From Octopus bimaculoides (Eukaryota), in assembly GCF_001194135.2 (NCBI RefSeq), contig NC_068987.1, positions 103,307,175 to 103,348,466 of the forward strand: 41,292 nt of DNA. Reading direction: 5' to 3'. The notes beneath the pieces are model-generated. The model made no database searches and was not told the DNA's origin. It saw only the letters and a program-made list of their open reading frames with translations. Position 1 is the first letter of the stretch. The number at the start of each line of letters is the position of its first letter. Shown here in pieces: positions 23,912-35,372 of the stretch. The translations under genes were made by a program, and so were the position numbers.

Positions 23912-25633
23912 CGGATAAAAAGGTGTTCATTAGAAAGAAATAAACATAGCAGTAGTTAGACAGTGGAAATGCAATCGAAAGAATAAAGAAGCCAGACAGA
24001 GAGACGTGAGTAAAAATGGGAAAAGTTTTAAAATGTGATAATCCCAACACAAACGAAAACAATTTGTACGTTCTTTGGAAGAATACTCGACGAGAATCCG
24101 ATAAGCGATAGCAATTTGTGCATGATAATGATGGCACTACTATATAAACTTTTCGAAGAATAAGTGATAAAAATGCAAAGCACAATCTGGGAGAGATGTG
24201 AGCGAAAAATGTAACGTATGCTCGCTTGATTGTCAGTGTTATCCTTTTCCCACCGCTAACCATACGATTATAATTCATAATTATGGTAATGAATCAAAAG
24301 CACATAGGAGATATTCTGAAGGTTAGCTATGAGTGGACACATTTCATCCATGTTGTATGACTGTCTAGTGTCCTAAATGGTAAGAATAGCTTAGGACAAA
24401 GTAGGCCAAAAGTGTTTCAAAATCAAATGTTTCCACGTTGTTGTGTAACAAATACTTCGAGCTACCGTGAATTAGGAGAAACTCAGCTTTAAAACAAAAA
24501 TTGGTCCACAGCAGCTCTGAAGTTTGACAAAACATTCAGTGTTACAACACAACATTATGGAGATTAATTTTGTGTATAGAAACCTATTTTTTGGGACATA
24601 GCTTCGACCAATGATTGTATATAGGAGTGGAAACTTGAAGGTTCTATGCAACGTCTTCTGTTAATCAGACTTTGGTTATCTTTGATCAAACAGCATCCTT
24701 TACTGAAATTTACGTCTATATTTAAGATATTTAAGTTGCTCTTTGAATTCATGCCATGCCACATTTCAAGGAAATATGCCTTGATAGTGTGCAGAGCCTT
24801 TTATATAAGCACAATGACTACTTGAATATTTAAATACCTGGAAATTAATTCGTGTTCTGCGAGAAATAATAACGATCCTCCTCCTCCTCCTGAAACACCA
24901 ACTGTTATACTGTAACAGGAGGAAATAGTTGTTGACATAACATTGTTATTTTACGTAGAGTTAATTAAAGCTCAAAACTGAATCAAACAGGGCAGCACTT
25001 TCATCTTTTATTCCCCAGAGTAGAGTGAGAGAGAGGGAGAGAGAGGGGGAGNNNNNNNNNNNNNNNNNNNNNNNNNNNNNNNNNNNNNNNNNNNNNNNNN
25101 NNNNNNNNNNNNNNNNNNNNNNNNNNNNNNNNNNNNNNNNNNNNNNNNNNNNNNNNNNNNNNNNNNNNNNNNNNNNNNNNNNNNNNNNNNNNNNNNNNNN
25201 NNNNNNNNNNNNNNNNNNNNNNNNNNNNNNNNNNNNNNNNNNNNNNNNNNNNNNNNNNNNNNNNNNNNNNNNNNNNNNNNNNNNNNNNNNNNNNNNNNNN
25301 NNNNNNNNNNNNNNNNNNNNNNNNNNNNNNNNNNNNNNNNNNNNNNNNNNNNNNNNNNNNNNNNNNNNNNNNNNNNNNNNNNNNNNNNNNNNNNNNNNNN
25401 NNNNNNNNNNNNNNNNNNNNNNNNNNNNNNNNNNNNNNNNNNNNNNNNNNNNNNNNNNNNNNNNNNNNNNNNNNNNNNNNNNNNNNNNNNNNNNNNNNNN
25501 NNNNNNNNNNNNNNNNNNNNNNNNNNNNNNNNNNNNNNNNNNNNNNNNNNNNNNNNNNNNNNNNNNNNNNNNNNNNNNNNNNNNNNNNNNNNNNNNNNNN
25601 NNNNNNNNNNNNNNNNNNNNNNNNNNNNNNNNN

Positions 25634-25720
25634 AGAAGGGGAGAGAGAGAAGGGGAGAGAGAGAAGGGGAGAGAGAGAAGGGGAGAGAGAGAAGGGGAGA
25701 GAGAGAAGGGGAGAGAGAGA
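25634..25720. repeat. 14-bp polypurine minisatellite (AAGGGGAGAGAGAG)n
   Basis: About 6 visible units running out of a gap. Confidence 0.9.
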
Positions 25721-27185
25721 GGTGGGATTACTTATGCTGCTTGAATTATTTGAATTCAATATGATGCGTTGAATGAAAAATAATTTTGAAATGTTCCAAA
25801 TAGGAGAAAGGCAGTCAGAAGAATTCATACCAGTAGTTAAGGCTAAGTTGAATAAGGACTGCAGTGGGTTCCGAAGCCCTTATTCAACTTGAATCAGCGA
25901 GAATAACGAACAAAATTTTACCTAGGAATGATCAACCTGAACGACCGAATCTCTAACTATTGTATTGCTCCTTCTTAAGGAATCTAGGTTTTCAAAAACA
26001 AAAATAATAATTGAAGTCATTGTTTATTTTAATGAGTTGCAATAGCATTACAGTGTATTCTTTCCTCATTGTGTATGTTCAAGGTGCTGTCACTCCACAA
26101 AAGTTAAATATGTCTACGAACTCCATTGTCTGTATCTTCGCGGGAATTTATAAATTTTATTTTTCTCTGTCAACTATGTATACATAGTTGACANNNNNNN
26201 NNNNNNNNNNNNNNNNNNNNNNNNNNNNNNNNNNNNNNNNNNNNNNNNNNNNNNNNNNNNNNNNNNNNNNNNNNNNNNNNNNNNNNNNNNNNNNNNNNNN
26301 NNNNNNNNNNNNNNNNNNNNNNNNNNNNNNNNNNNNNNNNNNNNNNNNNNNNNNNNNNNNNNNNNNNNNNNNNNNNNNNNNNNNNNNNNNNNNNNNNNNN
26401 NNNNNNNNNNNNNNNNNNNNNNNNNNNNNNNNNNNNNNNNNNNNNNNNNNNNNNNNNNNNNNNNNNNNNNNNNNNNNNNNNNNNNNNNNNNNNNNNNNNN
26501 NNNNNNNNNNNNNNNNNNNNNNNNNNNNNNNNNNNNNNNNNNNNNNNNNNNNNNNNNNNNNNNNNNNNNNNNNNNNNNNNNNNNNNNNNNNNNNNNNNNN
26601 NNNNNNNNNNNNNNNNNNNNNNNNNNNNNNNNNNNNNNNNNNNNNNNNNNNNNNNNNNNNNNNNNNNNNNNNNNNNNNNNNNNNNNNNNNNNNNNNNNNN
26701 NNNNNNNNNNNNNNNNNNNNNNNNNNNNNNNNNNNNNNNNNNNNNNNNNNNNNNNNNNNNNNNNNNNNNNNNNNNNNNNNNNNNNNNNNNNNNNNNNNNN
26801 NNNNNNNNNNNNNNNNNNNNNNNNNNNNNNNNNNNNNNNNNNNNNNNNNNNNNNNNNNNNNNNNNNNNNNNNNNNNNNNNNNNNNNNNNNNNNNNNNNNN
26901 NNNNNNNNNNNNNNNNNNNNNNNNNNNNNNNNNNNNNNNNNNNNNNNNNNNNNNNNNNNNNNNNNNNNNNNNNNNNNNNNNNNNNNNNNNNNNNNNNNNN
27001 NNNNNNNNNNNNNNNNNNNNNNNNNNNNNNNNNNNNNNNNNNNNNNNNNNNNNNNNNNNNNNNNNNNNNNNNNNNNNNNNNNNNNNNNNNNNNNNNNNNN
27101 NNNNNNNNNNNNNNNNNNNNNNNNNNNNNNNNNNNNNNNNNNNNNNNNNNNNNNNNNNNNNNNNNNNNNNNNNNNNNNNNNNNNN

Positions 27186-28197
27186 AAAATTGTTAAGTTG
27201 AAGAAACTTTCAAAAGTAATAGTCTATCGTGTGTATAAACAATTTAAAGAAGCGAGAAAGATTGATAGAAAAGAACACAAGCCTCGAAGTGATTCCAAGC
27301 GCAATCCAAAGCTTCTCGCTGGTCTCAAACGCCCGATTGAAGCCAACCCAACCACATCCATGACGACTCTTGCAAAGAAATACAATGTGTCCCTTTTCAC
27401 GGTGTCTAGTGCTGTGAACAGGAATTTCGGCATAGCTAGCTATGTTCGATGATACCGTTACCTGATAGCCAAGGCCAAAGTAATCAGAGCCGAGAGATGC
27501 CCAAAGCTTCTGTCATTCACCAAGCATCAAGATGCAGGATAAACCTTCATGCTTTCGGACGCTGAGGACGCTAAGGTGAATCTCAGATATTCTCGAGTGA
27601 TTGAATGCAACACTTCTGATGTCTCCACTGTGTTTGAGACTAAGAATCCTGCCTGTACTTTGAGCCGTGGCGAGTGATGGAAGTGTACTGGATCCACATT
27701 TCATTGAGTCTGGCTTGAAGATCAGCACTATCTGGACATTCTGAAAAACTCTCTGTTACCTTGGATGGCACAGAAGTTTGGGCATGACAATGTGGTGCTT
27801 ATTCCGGATTCAGCACCATGCCATGGGTCTAAAGCAACACAGACTTTCCGTGGTGAGAAGATGCCAATTTTATAAGGGCCAATATCTGGACCAACAAGGG
27901 CCTTCGCGATTATCTTTTATGGGGCGTACTTCAAGCAAGGACCAAAGCTTCGTCACACTTGAGCGTTAACAGTTTGTACACTTGCATCGTGCGTACGACA
28001 CACAAACTCAAAATGCCGGAGGTAAAGACAGCTGCAAAAAATTTCGTACTCGTGTGGAGGCAGTAATTACCCAAGAGTGATAAATATGTTTGTTGTAATA
28101 AATGTTACACTGAAATTATATGTCTACTACTATTATTTTAGTATTTATAACCAATTTTATGCATCGTAAAATTGTTCAATTTATCTGCAAGACCCTG
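27186..28197 (+). mobile_element. Tc1/mariner DNA transposon relic, probably DD37D (maT); left end lost in gap
   Basis: HTH region (ORF 27198-27452: SKVIVYRVYKQFKE...ANPTTSMTTLAKKYNVS), then AKVNLRYSRVI...VFETKNPA, YLDILKNSLLPWM...DSAPCHGSKATQ, DYLLWGVLQAR, KFRTRVEAVI. Right TIR reads TA|CAGGGTCTTGCAGATAAATTG on the reverse strand. Stops and frameshifts present. Confidence 0.88.
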
Positions 28198-29541
28198 TAT
28201 ATGTGTGTGCATATGTATGTATGAATGTATATATGTATATATATATGTATGTATACATATATANNNNNNNNNNNNNNNNNNNNNNNNNNNNNNNNNNNNN
28301 NNNNNNNNNNNNNNNNNNNNNNNNNNNNNNNNNNNNNNNNNNNNNNNNNNNNNNNNNNNNNNNNNNNNNNNNNNNNNNNNNNNNNNNNNNNNNNNNNNNN
28401 NNNNNNNNNNNNNNNNNNNNNNNNNNNNNNNNNNNNNNNNNNNNNNNNNNNNNNNNNNNNNNNNNNNNATATATATATATATAAGTGCTTTATAATTCAT
28501 TTTATAATTAACTCGACGCATACAAAACTATGCGTTGAATGATTATGTTGGATTCAAGAATTTGAAATATGTGTGTGCGTATGTGTTAGGGTGAGTGGGT
28601 GAGTGTGTGTGTGTTTGTGTGTTGTCTATGGTTATGTGAGTGTGTGTGTGCGTGTACGTGTATGTGTGTGTCTATGTGTGTAGTGCGCAAGCATTGTCAA
28701 ATGATTAAGATGTTGAAACCATGGAAATCCAATCTGTAATTGATCGCATCCTTGAATAAGACAAAAATTATACACCACAAGGAATTTTGTCCAACAAACG
28801 AACTTCACTGACGCCTTACATATCTCGAAAAAGAAAATAAATACACAAATGAAAATATAACTACAGCAATGTTAATCTAATTAGCTAATAGTCTCAGAAA
28901 TATTAAATAAACGCTAACCGGATATATCCAACAATAAATTTAAGATATTTCAACTGAAATTATGATATTTATGCCACTAACTAATATCATTTCTTCAAGT
29001 AAAGAATGATATATCATGTGAAGATAAGTTCAAACAACTAGAAACGCCGATACAATTATAGATATGTAGTTAATCGTTTCTCACACCAGAGAATTTTCGG
29101 GATATGTTGGTTTGCATTAGCTTTGGTTTGTATTATAGATAGAAGGAACGTAAATTGTTCCTTAAAACAAACATCAAAGACAGGAGATAGGAAGGATTGA
29201 TATGGAAGTAGAAATACGGTAAATTGAATCACAATCGTAATTTCAATTTCACACCGACATACAGACAAACGGACAATCTGTGAAAAAGATAAAAATATAT
29301 CTATAGATAGGGAGAATGTAAAAGAGAGCAAGCGTTAAGGATGTGTGAAAGACAACAGGATTAGGCAATATGGTGCGAGAGCGGAAATAAAAGACAAAGG
29401 CAGAGAAGAATCTCTATAGCTTCATTTCATGTGTGCACGTGTGTGTTTGTGTGTGTGTGTTTGCGCGTGTGTATGTGATTATATGTATGTATGTGCATTT
29501 ATGACTGTGTGTGTATACATGTATATGTTGTGTGTGTGCGT

Positions 29542-29578
<37 letters not shown>

Positions 29579-29588
29579 NNNNNNNNNN

Positions 29589-29631
<43 letters not shown>

Positions 29632-30208
29632 AGATGTTCATTCATGTTTATCTATGTCCATGTATGCACGTATGTATAAATGCATGTGAGTATAGCAAGA
29701 GTCACATAATAAGAACAAACTGAATGCCTTCTGGTTTTCTTAATGGCATTCTAGCATGAATTTTCTGCGGAACAATATATCTTGTGAGAAATTATCGCTC
29801 CTTCAAAAATTGGAGAGATAAGTTGTTAAGAGGATTTTAGAAAGATAAATGTTGTAAAGAGATGCGGTGACTCTTATGTCTTTACCCATCAGTGCCATAT
29901 GGAAAATATTGTGCGGAATTATTTGTGACAAGTTTATTCAATGTGTTATTAATATCCCTTCTTCCTACGTCTCAGTTATGTTCTTCGTGCTGGGCCAGAA
30001 ATCCATGGCATTATATTTTATGCTCAGCAATTAGAAGAGAAATGCATTGAGATTTAAACCGCATCACTGATTACATTGACTTCGATGAGGACTTTCCCTT
30101 GGTGACGTGTGAATTACGTCACTCTCGATAAATTTAACCCGTAAGGGAGTAGGTGTTCTTTGGGGGGGATATTTCAAACAGATTTGGCGACAATGTAATG
30201 ACTTGCAC

Positions 30209-30430
30209 CATACATGCATACATACATACATACATACATACATACATACGTACGTTCGTACGTACGTACATATATACATACATACACGCATACATATACA
30301 TACATACATCCGTACGTACGTACATACATACATGCATACACACATACATATACATACAAACATAATATATACATACATACATGCATGCATGCATACATAC
30401 ATATGAACATACATACATATTTACATACAT
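30209..30430. repeat. (CATA)n/(CGTA) microsatellite
   Basis: Direct reading. Confidence 0.93.
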
Positions 30431-30483
30431 AGACAAAAATAATAGAATTTATACATTTATACATTTACTTACCGCTGTTTCAG

Positions 30484-30541
30484 ATACACATTTGGGTACG
30501 TTCACCGTTCAACTTTATCTGTCAATTGACTGAAAATATAG
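30484..30541 (+). other. Candidate 58-nt exon
   Basis: Acceptor ACTTACCGCTGTTTCAG| and consensus donor AG|GTAAGT; one open frame, IHIWVRSPFNFICQLTENI. No homology recognised. Confidence 0.18.
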
Positions 30542-31489
30542 GTAAGTACTACGCCCATAATGATATATTCGTCAGAGCCAAAACAAATCAACTGCCAAAG
30601 AAAAGGATTAAAAGATAAGAAAGAGGATGAAAGTTAGTCAATGTGGAGATTAAACAGAACTAGGTCGCCTGTTTCTGGCCATCAACCGTAAGCCATGTCG
30701 AAAACGGTAGAGGAGTTGGGGTCGAAACCGGACGTGGTTTCTCGTGATGACGTCTTTAGCCACTGGATCTTATAGAGGAGCTGCTGATGTAGCGAACCAC
30801 GAAACGTGGTTAGAATTCCTTCCTACATTAGTTCTAAATTATTGGAGTAGGAAGGTGTGCAGATGTTGTCATATCCATTTGTTCACTCGATAATTATCGA
30901 GGGAATGATCTAAAGGTTTTGCTGTTAAAGGGTCTGCATCTCAACGCTAATTCCTTCTGATTACACAAAGTGTTATACTCTGGCGTAAGTATAAACAATT
31001 ACTATTCTAAGCAAATTTCACTCATAGTTTTCGCTACGCCGTAAGGAGGTGCACTGCTTAATATTCACCACTTATACTTTGATTTAAAAAAAATTTTTGC
31101 TTTTTATCATTAAGTTCGAAAATTTACGTGATCGATCTTTCCTTATTCCTTTGTCTAAATGATGAAACGTGGTTGAAATAACGAGACTTGAAAGTTGTTG
31201 CGCAATAACCTATGTGATAGTAAAGTTTTTATCATAATATCTGATCATCTATAAAGTAGGTTCTTCTTAAGGAATTATTCATCTAACGGACATTTCTTAG
31301 GGTCCCCACGATAATAACTATTTATTATTATTATTATTGTTGTTGTTGTTGTTGTCGTCGTCGTTGCTGCTGATGGTTTTGTTGTTGTTGTTGGTGGTGG
31401 TGTTTTCGTCGTTGTTGCAGTGGTTGTTGTTATTGCTGATGTTGTTGTTACCACTGCTCCTAAAATAATTCCTGTTCCTATCATCTTTA

Positions 31490-32147
31490 GGATCTAGTTT
31501 GAAACGGGGGCACCAGTATTTTCTTAACGAAACACTAACGAAACACTTTGAAACTTGGGACACTGGTAGAATGTGTCATATAAAACATCTTTTACTCTTA
31601 GTCTTCTTAACAAAAAAAAAGGAATTCGCAAGTTATTCCATGTTAAAGTGGTCGTATTTCTGTAATTTTAACTAATCACTGACGTCTATTCAGCTGGGCG
31701 GTCATAAAAATGTTATTCCCTGTGACATATTTCATCCGGTTTAATCGTAATTTATACGCACATATTGTTTATATAATAAATTACGCTGTGGGTATCTATG
31801 TGTGTAACAATTTTAGAGTTCGGATTCTAGAGTTAGGGTTAGTTTTAGGGTTAGGGTTAGGGTTAGGGTTAGGGTTAACAGTCTAGTTAGGGTTAGGGTT
31901 AGGGTTAGGGGATTAATACGATATACACCGTTACAGCGCTAACTGTTTTCAACTGAATAGACGTCAGTGATTAGTAGAAATTATCGAAATAAGACAATTT
32001 TTTACATGAAATAAATTCGAATACAAAAATTTTTTTCTGTTCTATAACACAAAATAGATAAGTATACGAAGTTTGAAAATCTTTCGGTATCAAAAACACT
32101 ACATAAAACATAAATGAAAACTGGTGCCCTCGTTTTGAAATGGATCC
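31490..32147. mobile_element. Complete 658-bp non-autonomous DNA transposon with an internal telomeric-repeat core (8-bp TSD; Merlin- or hAT-type)
   Basis: TIRs GGATCTAGTTTGAAACGGGGGCACCAGT (31490-31517) and revcomp of 32120-32147 GGATCCATTTCAAAACGAGGGCACCAGT match at 23/28. The TSD CATCTTTA is exact at 31482-31489 and 32148-32155. An internal perfect 23-bp IR lies at 31671-31693 and 31953-31975. Confidence 0.9.
31833..31910 (+). repeat. Interstitial telomeric repeat (TTAGGG), 10 exact units in blocks of 1, 5 and 4
   Basis: TTAGGG at 31833, five units at 31845-31874 and four units at 31887-31910. Confidence 0.97.
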
Positions 32148-32449
32148 CATCTTTATTCTTATTCATATCCTCATCACTGTTATTAATTCCATCCCTACAT
32201 TCGATGCTAATGACGTTATTGCTGTCCTTTCCTCATTGGTGTTCTAAATATTTCCTTTATCACCAGCTTGCATTTTACGAGGTCTGTTACACCCATTGTT
32301 ATTAGTATTGTTTGCAATACAGCGTAGATGCTTTGTACCACTGCCACTAATATTATTATCGTTTTGAATATTACTATTAGTATAATGGGTATCACTGCGA
32401 CTATCGTAATTATGATTGTTATTCCTTTTCTTCTTCCTATATTCATTGC

Positions 32450-32451
<2 letters not shown>

Positions 32452-32507
<56 letters not shown>
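32452..32507. repeat. (TTA)n microsatellite
   Basis: Direct reading. Confidence 0.97.
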
Positions 32508-32514
32508 GAGTGAG

Positions 32515-32960
32515 AGAGACACTGGGGTAAAATATACGAAGCCCATTATACCCATCATGACTACTCGTCTGATAAGGGTGCATCGGGCACATGCATCACA
32601 ACCATGTGTGCGCGACATGGTGATCTCATATCAAGATAAACAGTGCATGACCTCGCAGGTGGGGCCCAGTTAAAATTTTCTTCAGGTCGAGTAGCCCATA
32701 CCGCTCAAAAGGTCCCTGAATAAATTTGTTTAAGGATGTTGGGCAAAACACCCATGTTTCCTAAGGCGAATTATTCAAACCCCAAAGAATTCCTCTCAAC
32801 ACATGGCTATGATGCTCCCCCACTACTTCTGCTCATGAACACAAATGCACATATCGTCAGCCACCAAGGGACATGCTCAACTGGTTAAGGTCAAACAAGT
32901 GACAAGCAAATCTGTGGCATTAAGCAGAATATTTGCTGTAGCCCATCTTTGCTGTAGCCC
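32515..32960. mobile_element. Interspersed repeat D, well-preserved non-coding copy
   Basis: Its 3' part recurs at 8701-8870; no coding signal; class not determined. Confidence 0.7.
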
Positions 32961-33089
32961 GTCTTTGCCGTAGAGTTTTAAGTCATCCTTTTAAAATAGA
33001 TGACTTATTTTCTTGTCGCCAATTCTATATTCATACCCAGTTTCGTTGAGTTTACTTGTAAGAGGTATTAGGGCTATGCAGAAAATTTA

Positions 33090-33960
33090 AACACGAAAGT
33101 GCAAAGTTTCAGATCAAAGAAAAATACCATGGAAGACATTGTACATGACTTTCTGTTTGCTGATGATTGCACTTTGATTTCTCATATATTTGAGGGAATT
33201 TAGTAATCGGTCTACAGGTTTACTACCTGCATCAAGAAGACTGAAGTTTTATTTCAGCCAAGTTCTGGGTCAGAATATACTCATGATTCAAACGTGATGA
33301 CTGACAGCAAGCCAATCAACTAGATCAGGACATTAAAATTTCTTGAAAGTACAGTAAAATTTTAAGAGTACTCTTGATGACGAAATCACTGTTAGAATAT
33401 TTAAGGCTACAAGTGCTTTTGAAAAACTTTGCCATCGCTTGTGGGATGAACACGGTGTCCGTTTGCAAACTAAAATAAATGTATGCAAATCTTGTATTTT
33501 GACCACACTTTAGTGTGGGACAGAAACATGCACGCCTTGCTACAGACATAAAAAGACTTGAAACTTTTCACATGTATTGTCTGCGTAATATCAGCAACAT
33601 GAAAGGACAAGATAAGATATCAAATCTTAGAAATGTGATATCTATCCAAAGCATGCTGCTGAGAATTCAGTACAAATGGCTACGACATGTTATTCGAATG
33701 AAAGATGACCGCTTTCGAAAAATTCATTTCTATAGCCAACAAGTACAGGGATACCGCGGTAAAGGAAGATTTGTCATTATGTAAAAGATACATTGAAGTA
33801 ATCACTGAAGTTTCTACACCTTAACATATTGGGAAAGCCACTGACTAGATCAATATGCATGACTTAAAATATATCATGATGCATCGAAATAATTTAAGTT
33901 GAAGAAACAGAACAATCCCAGGCAAAAGGAATGTCGTCAGCGTCTTCATTGCGACTTCAC
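33090..33960 (+). mobile_element. RTE-clade LINE, 3' RT fragment, inactivated
   Basis: DFLFADDCTLISH (FADD at 33156-33167), KKTEVLFQP, LDDEITVRIFKATSAFEKLCHRLW...KINVCKSCILTTL*CGTET, KRLETFHMYCLRNI...W(L)RHVIRMKDDR...GKGR, KDTLK. Confidence 0.92.
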
Positions 33961-34331
33961 AGTAAAATCAATACTTGGTCTCAAATTACATTCCCCCATC
34001 CATCGCAGCTTCTATTGTTCTTTAATTACAGACAACATTTGAAGCGAACCCTTATACACACACAAATACACATAGAGTAACAGAGATATACAGACGCAAA
34101 TGCATGCACATACAAGGATACACGACATAAAAGAACAGAATAGAGTAAGTGGAACAAGAGCACACACGAAGACGGATAGGGTCGTTAAAGAGGTCATAGA
34201 TGGGTGACTAAAAATTTCCGGAAAATGGACATGAGTTAGAAAAAGAACAGCGAGTAAGAACGAGGAAGAACAAATATATCGTGCGTGTGTTTATTTGGCA
34301 AAAAAAGATGACCGTCCCGAATACAACAATA

Positions 34332-34378
<47 letters not shown>

Positions 34379-34561
34379 CGATTTTGCTATAAGAAGCAAT
34401 GCACTGAGAACAAAGTACTTATGCATAAAATAGCTTTCTCGAAGCATCAAAAGATAAATGCAAGTCTATTTGGGAAAGTATTTACATATGCGAAAAAGAT
34501 CACCGTCGAAAATATGATGAAGAAGAAGAATACATAAGGAATGGTGGTATATAGTGGTTAA

Positions 34562-34602
<41 letters not shown>

Positions 34603-35156
34603 NNNNNNNNNNNNNNNNNNNNNNNNNNNNNNNNNNNNNNNNNNNNNNNNNNNNNNNNNNNNNNNNNNNNNNNNNNNNNNNNNNNNNNNNNNNNNNNNNN
34701 NNNNNNNNNNNNNNNNNNNNNNNNNNNNNNNNNNNNNNNNNNNNNNNNNNNNNNNNNNNNNNNNNNNNNNNNNNNNNNNNNNNNNNNNNNNNNNNNNNNN
34801 NNNNNNNNNNNNNNNNNNNNNNNNNNNNNNNNNNNNNNNNNNNNNNNNNNNNNNNNNNNNNNNNNNNNNNNNNNNNNNNNNNNNNNNNNNNNNNNNNNNN
34901 NNNNNNNNNNNNNNNNNNNNNNNNNNNNNNNNNNNNNNNNNNNNNNNNNNNNNNNNNNNNNNNNNNNNNNNNNNNNNNNNNNNNNNNNNNNNNNNNNNNN
35001 NNNNNNNNNNNNNNNNNNNNNNNNNNNNNNNNNNNNNNNNNNNNNNNNNNNNNNNNNNNNNNNNNNNNNNNNNNNNNNNNNNNNNNNNNNNNNNNNNNNN
35101 NNNNNNNNNNNNNNNNNNNNNNNNNNNNNNNNNNNNNNNNNGTATATAGTGGTTAA

Positions 35157-35195
<39 letters not shown>

Positions 35196-35232
35196 TTTAC
35201 ACGAAGACGGATAGGGTCGTTAAAGAGGTCAT

Positions 35233-35372
35233 TGCTTCCCAACCACATGGTTTTAGAGTCAGATCCACTGCGTGGCAACTTGGGCAAGTGTTTTCAATTT
35301 TAGCCTCGGGCCGACCCAAGACGTTGTCAGTGAATTTGGCTGACGGAAACTGAGAAAAGCCCATCCTCTATA
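35233..35372 (+). mobile_element. Type-C (CORE-like) SINE, 5' part, head truncated, followed by (TG)n
   Basis: TGCTTCCCAACCACATGG...CCACTGCGTGGCAACTTGGGCAAGTG...AGCCTCGGGCCGAC...GACGGAAACTGA; the TTGGGCAAGT...AGCCTC segment resembles the CORE domain. Confidence 0.8.

Noticed and set aside
24690-24770. Minus-strand peptide VAWHEFKEQLKY resembling the TnpB/Fanzor W..F...L.YK motif
   Set aside because: Flanked by stops, no RuvC motifs upstream, and the nearest SCCG lies about 75 codons away instead of about 25; treated as chance.
30058-30130. Peptide DYIDFDEDFPLVTCE reminiscent of pogo/Tigger C-termini
   Set aside because: Too short, bounded by stops, and no DDE or CENP-B motifs nearby.
31833-31910. 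True chromosome end or fusion scar
   Set aside because: The repeats are short, in one orientation only, and enclosed by TIRs and a TSD.
34548-35193. Duplicated GTATATAGTGGTTAAGTTT(TA)n on both sides of a gap
   Set aside because: Typical unmerged contig overlap; probably a single locus.
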